From Candidatus Gottesmanbacteria bacterium (GTDB taxonomy: Bacteria; Patescibacteriota; Microgenomatia; UBA10105), in the NCBI GenBank assembly GCA_023245415.1, contig JAHFKJ010000006.1, forward strand, positions 1 through 59,375: a stretch of 59,375 bases of DNA. Direction: 5' to 3'. Below are positions 56,328 to 59,375 of the stretch, one piece after another (the first letter of the stretch is position 1; each line of letters begins with the position of its first letter). Under the pieces are notes generated by a model. That model made no database searches. It was not told the origin of the DNA and worked only from the letters and a program-made list of their open reading frames with translations. The translations under genes were made by a program, and so were the position numbers.

Positions 56328-58721
56328 ATGCAACTCACTGGAATTCGCAACACCGTATTTCTCGACCGTTATGCACTGAAAGATCAGTCGGGTAAACCTA
56401 TTGAACAAACTCCTGAGGAAATGTGGGCAAGAGTCGCCAGAGGCATAGCAGGGGTAGAGAAAAAAGCCGATCGAAGAGAATGGGAAGAGAAATTTTATAA
56501 AGTGATGGAGGATTTTAAATTTTTGCCGGGAGGCAGAATTTTAGCTGGTGCCGGAACCGGTTTTGACGTGACGTATTTCAACTGTTTTGTAATTCCTAAT
56601 CCTCCCGATTCCCGTGGAGGTATCATGGAGAATCTAACTCAAATGATTGAAATCATGGCTCATGGCGGAGGAGTCGGTCTGAATCTATCCAGTCTTCGTC
56701 CTCGTGGGGCACGCGTCAAAAAAGTCAACGGGTTTTCCTCCGGGCCAATGAACTGGGCAGAACTTTATTCGCTGGCGACAAAAGATATCGTCCAACAAGG
56801 CGGAAGCCGCCGCGGCGCCCTAATGGTTATGATTCATGACTGGCATCCAGATATTGAGGAATTTATCACGGTAAAGCAAGATCTTACCAAAATTAACGGT
56901 GCCAATCTTTCCGTATGTGTCTCCGATGATTTTATGCAGGCAGTCAAGGAAGACCGGAATTGGGATCTCAAATATCCTGATCTCGAGGATCCTAGCTATG
57001 ATGCAAAATGGGATGGAGATATTCATGAGTGGGAATCACAAGGTGGTAAAGTTAAGATACACAAAACAGTAAAAGCCGTATACTTATGGAAATTGATCTG
57101 TACCGGCGCTTGGCGCAGTGCCGAGCCAGGACTGCATTTTCTTGACCGAAGCAATAAACGGTCAAATACCTGGTATTTTGAGAAACTTCTGGCTACAAAT
57201 CCGTGCGGAGAGCAGCCGCTTGGCGCATGGGCGGTGTGCAATTTGGGGGCTATGAATCTGTCGGCATATGTGCGAGAGGATGATCTGGTACATGAAAAAG
57301 CAGGCTGGTTTGATTATGATGCATTTGGTCGTGATGTGAGAGTAGCAATACGTTTTTTGGATAATGTAATTGATGACACTCACTATTTCTTTGCAGAAAA
57401 TGAAAAGCGAGCCAAAGAGGTGCGCCGGACTGGCTTAGGTATCATGGGTATTGCAGATGCCTTTATAAAGATGAAAGTCCGCTACGGATCAGAAGAATCA
57501 ACAAAAACATCAAAAAAGATATTTGAAACACTCAGAGACAATGCATATATTGTCTCTTCTGATATCGCAAAAGAAAAAGGTTCTTTTCCAAAATACGATA
57601 AAGCGAAATTTCAACTAGGGTACCATATCAAAACTTTACCCGCAGCGATTCAAAATAGAATTATCAGACAGGGGATTCGAAATGCAGTGCTTTTGACAAT
57701 TGCTCCAACCGGAACTACCAGTCTGATTGCCGGAGTTTCCAGCGGAGTCGAGCCGGTTTATGAATTTGAGTATCTGAGGCGGACTAAAGTAGGTGAAGCA
57801 AAGATGTTTCATCACTTGTACGACGAATGGAAGCTGTCACATCCCGACCAGGCACGGCCGGACTATTTTGTCTCAGCCAACGATTTGACCCCTGAAGATC
57901 ACGTCAGGATCCAGGCAGTCGCACAGGAATATATTGATTCATCGATTTCGAAAACAGTTAATGCTCCAAACAGTCACACGGTTGAAGATGTCATGCGTCT
58001 CTATATGCTTTCATATGACATGGGACTCAAAGGCGTCACCTATATGCGTGAAGGATCAAGAATAGGAGTTTTGGAGCGGATAACTGAGAAAAAGGAAGAA
58101 GTTAAATTAACCAATGGTCACAGCATAAACACAATTATTCCACAGCCTGAAATAAAACCCCGCCCCATGGTAGTTCACGGATCGACTTACAAAATGGAGA
58201 CGCCGGTGGGCAAAGCATATATTACGGTCAACTCAAATGGCGAAGGCCGGGATAACCCGTTTGAAGTATTTGTAACAGTTGGCAAAGCGGGAACTGATGT
58301 ACAGGCCATGGCAGATGGACTAGGGCGACTGATTTCATTGATTTTGAGAATGGCATCGCCATTGTCCGAAAAAGAGCGGGTCAAGAAAATCATCAATCAA
58401 TTGAGCGATATTGGCGGATCCAGGCATGTAGGATTTGGGGAGCGGCGTGTCCGCTCTTTGCCTGATGCTATAGGAAAAGTATTAACTGAACATATCAAGC
58501 AGACTAATGGGCATGTGGTTACAGCTAATGGTCATGCCCAAGCAGACGGTCATGTCATAAATCATGAGGCGTCACCATTGCCGATTGTGCCTTCAGCAGG
58601 TCAACAGCAATTGTTTGTAAAACCGGCTGAATTTGACCTTTGCCCAAGTTGCGGAGAGGCAATGCTGGCACATGAAGAAGGCTGCAAAAAATGCTATGGG
58701 TGTGGATATAGCGAATGCTAA
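56328..58721 (+). CDS. nrdJ: class II (adenosylcobalamin-dependent) ribonucleotide reductase
   Basis: NCFV, QGGSRRGA, TNPCGEQ, CNLG, IAPTGT and ISKTVN; C-terminal TSCPD-like domain and CPSC..CYGC zinc ribbon; no radical subunit gene adjacent. Confidence 0.92.
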   Translation: MQLTGIRNTVFLDRYALKDQSGKPIEQTPEEMWARVARGIAGVEKKADRREWEEKFYKVMEDFKFLPGGRILAGAGTGFDVTYFNCFVIPNPPDSRGGIMENLTQMIEIMAHGGGVGLNLSSLRPRGARVKKVNGFSSGPMNWAELYSLATKDIVQQGGSRRGALMVMIHDWHPDIEEFITVKQDLTKINGANLSVCVSDDFMQAVKEDRNWDLKYPDLEDPSYDAKWDGDIHEWESQGGKVKIHKTVKAVYLWKLICTGAWRSAEPGLHFLDRSNKRSNTWYFEKLLATNPCGEQPLGAWAVCNLGAMNLSAYVREDDLVHEKAGWFDYDAFGRDVRVAIRFLDNVIDDTHYFFAENEKRAKEVRRTGLGIMGIADAFIKMKVRYGSEESTKTSKKIFETLRDNAYIVSSDIAKEKGSFPKYDKAKFQLGYHIKTLPAAIQNRIIRQGIRNAVLLTIAPTGTTSLIAGVSSGVEPVYEFEYLRRTKVGEAKMFHHLYDEWKLSHPDQARPDYFVSANDLTPEDHVRIQAVAQEYIDSSISKTVNAPNSHTVEDVMRLYMLSYDMGLKGVTYMREGSRIGVLERITEKKEEVKLTNGHSINTIIPQPEIKPRPMVVHGSTYKMETPVGKAYITVNSNGEGRDNPFEVFVTVGKAGTDVQAMADGLGRLISLILRMASPLSEKERVKKIINQLSDIGGSRHVGFGERRVRSLPDAIGKVLTEHIKQTNGHVVTANGHAQADGHVINHEASPLPIVPSAGQQQLFVKPAEFDLCPSCGEAMLAHEEGCKKCYGCGYSEC

Positions 58722-58757
58722 ATCAATATAAAAATTTAAAAAGATGAGGAGGTCAAT

Positions 58758-59173
58758 ATGTCTGAACCAATACCACCTCTGGGGGCAGCACCAGTTCCAG
58801 TAGAAGCACCAAAACCAATGGGGGGGAGTTTAAGATAGCCTACCTGAGTAACAAGGGAGGATTAAGAATTGCTGCTACAAAATTCTGTCCAGAGATAAGT
58901 GTAGCAGTAGCAACTGATGAAGGATTAAAAGCAGTATTAGAGTCCTGGGGGCAAGTTATGAAAACTGGCTTACGTGAAGTTGCAAGTCGAGATGTGTCTG
59001 ACCAACATATTACTGCAGTATTAGATAGATTTTTAGCAGAATATAATCCGGAACTAAAACAGAAACCTGGAATTGAGGTAACTACCGGAGCAGGTTAAGG
59101 TCGGTTGGCAATCGACGCTTCTGGAATAAATCAAACGGTTGAAGATGCACAAAGTCTTGGTGTAATTAAGTAA
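58758..59173 (+). pseudogene. frameshifted hypothetical gene (G7 tract)
   Basis: AGGAGG RBS, then MSEPIPPLGAAPVPVEAPKPM, then G7 at 58820-58826. The shifted frame is open to 59098, and to 59173 past one TAA. Confidence 0.55.
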
Positions 59174-59194
59174 CCCGAAATACAAAAAATCAAA

Positions 59195-59293
59195 TGTCAT
59201 TTCGAGGTGTACGACCCGAGAAATCTAGCAAAGCGTATTTTAATATTTATACGGTACTTCGTACCTAGATTTCTCAGTTCGTTCGAAATGACA
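59195..59293. repeat. composite palindromic element, copy 2
   Basis: TGTCATTTCGA...GAGAAATCTAG...CTAGATTTCTC...TCGAAATGACA. Confidence 0.85.
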
Positions 59294-59353
59294 AGATATT
59301 TAGCTTCAAATTATTATTTAATGTAAATTAAGCAGGTATCACCTACAGAAGTT

Positions 59354-59375
59354 ATGCCCATATATACCAAAACCG
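59354..59375 (+). CDS. start of PduO-type cob(I)alamin adenosyltransferase (runs off the window)
   Basis: MPIYTKT-G matches the N-terminal IYTKTGD signature; only 7 full codons are visible; follows nrdJ. Confidence 0.6.

Noticed and set aside
56328-58721. Intein or intron in nrdJ
   Set aside because: Motifs are contiguous, the length is ordinary, and no splice-junction or LAGLIDADG motifs were seen.

Overview
This is a 59.4-kb chromosomal segment around the replication origin of a bacterium using standard code 11. The gene content (short YidC, DUF4012, DUF5667-like, VanW, orphan solute-binding protein, GapN, NrdJ, C-terminally shortened ValS) suggests a Patescibacteria/CPR, Microgenomates-like organism; this taxonomy is inference. 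The backbone is dnaN-dnaA/oriC-rpmH-rnpA-yidD-yidC-khpB, O-antigen ligase and flippase, rnhA, rplY, epmA, efp, valS, tsaD, groES-groEL, sod, gapN, gmk, nrdR-nrdJ and the start of a PduO-type adenosyltransferase. Six unusual layers sit on it. (1) A T-box riboswitch upstream of valS has the ultrashort Stem I known from actinobacterial ileS leaders, but with a Val (GUC) specifier. (2) Several families of small palindromic (REP-like) and 7/8-nt periodic repeats lie in frame inside ValS, TsaD, EpmA and an HD protein, sometimes nested inside each other. (3) A DUF559-like nuclease gene is bracketed by inverted hairpin repeats. (4) Two cargo regions are bounded by diverged direct duplications of gene 3' ends (groEL; sod/PP2C-like), and one carries a lipid-scavenging-like cassette. 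(5) Seven intact PIN-type toxin-antitoxin pairs and one decayed pair occur in about 40 kb. (6) A large, possibly exported protein carries tandem beta-carbonic-anhydrase-like domains. No rRNA, tRNA, CRISPR array, integrase or transposase was recognised. All calls come from reading motifs by eye; no database searches were run.
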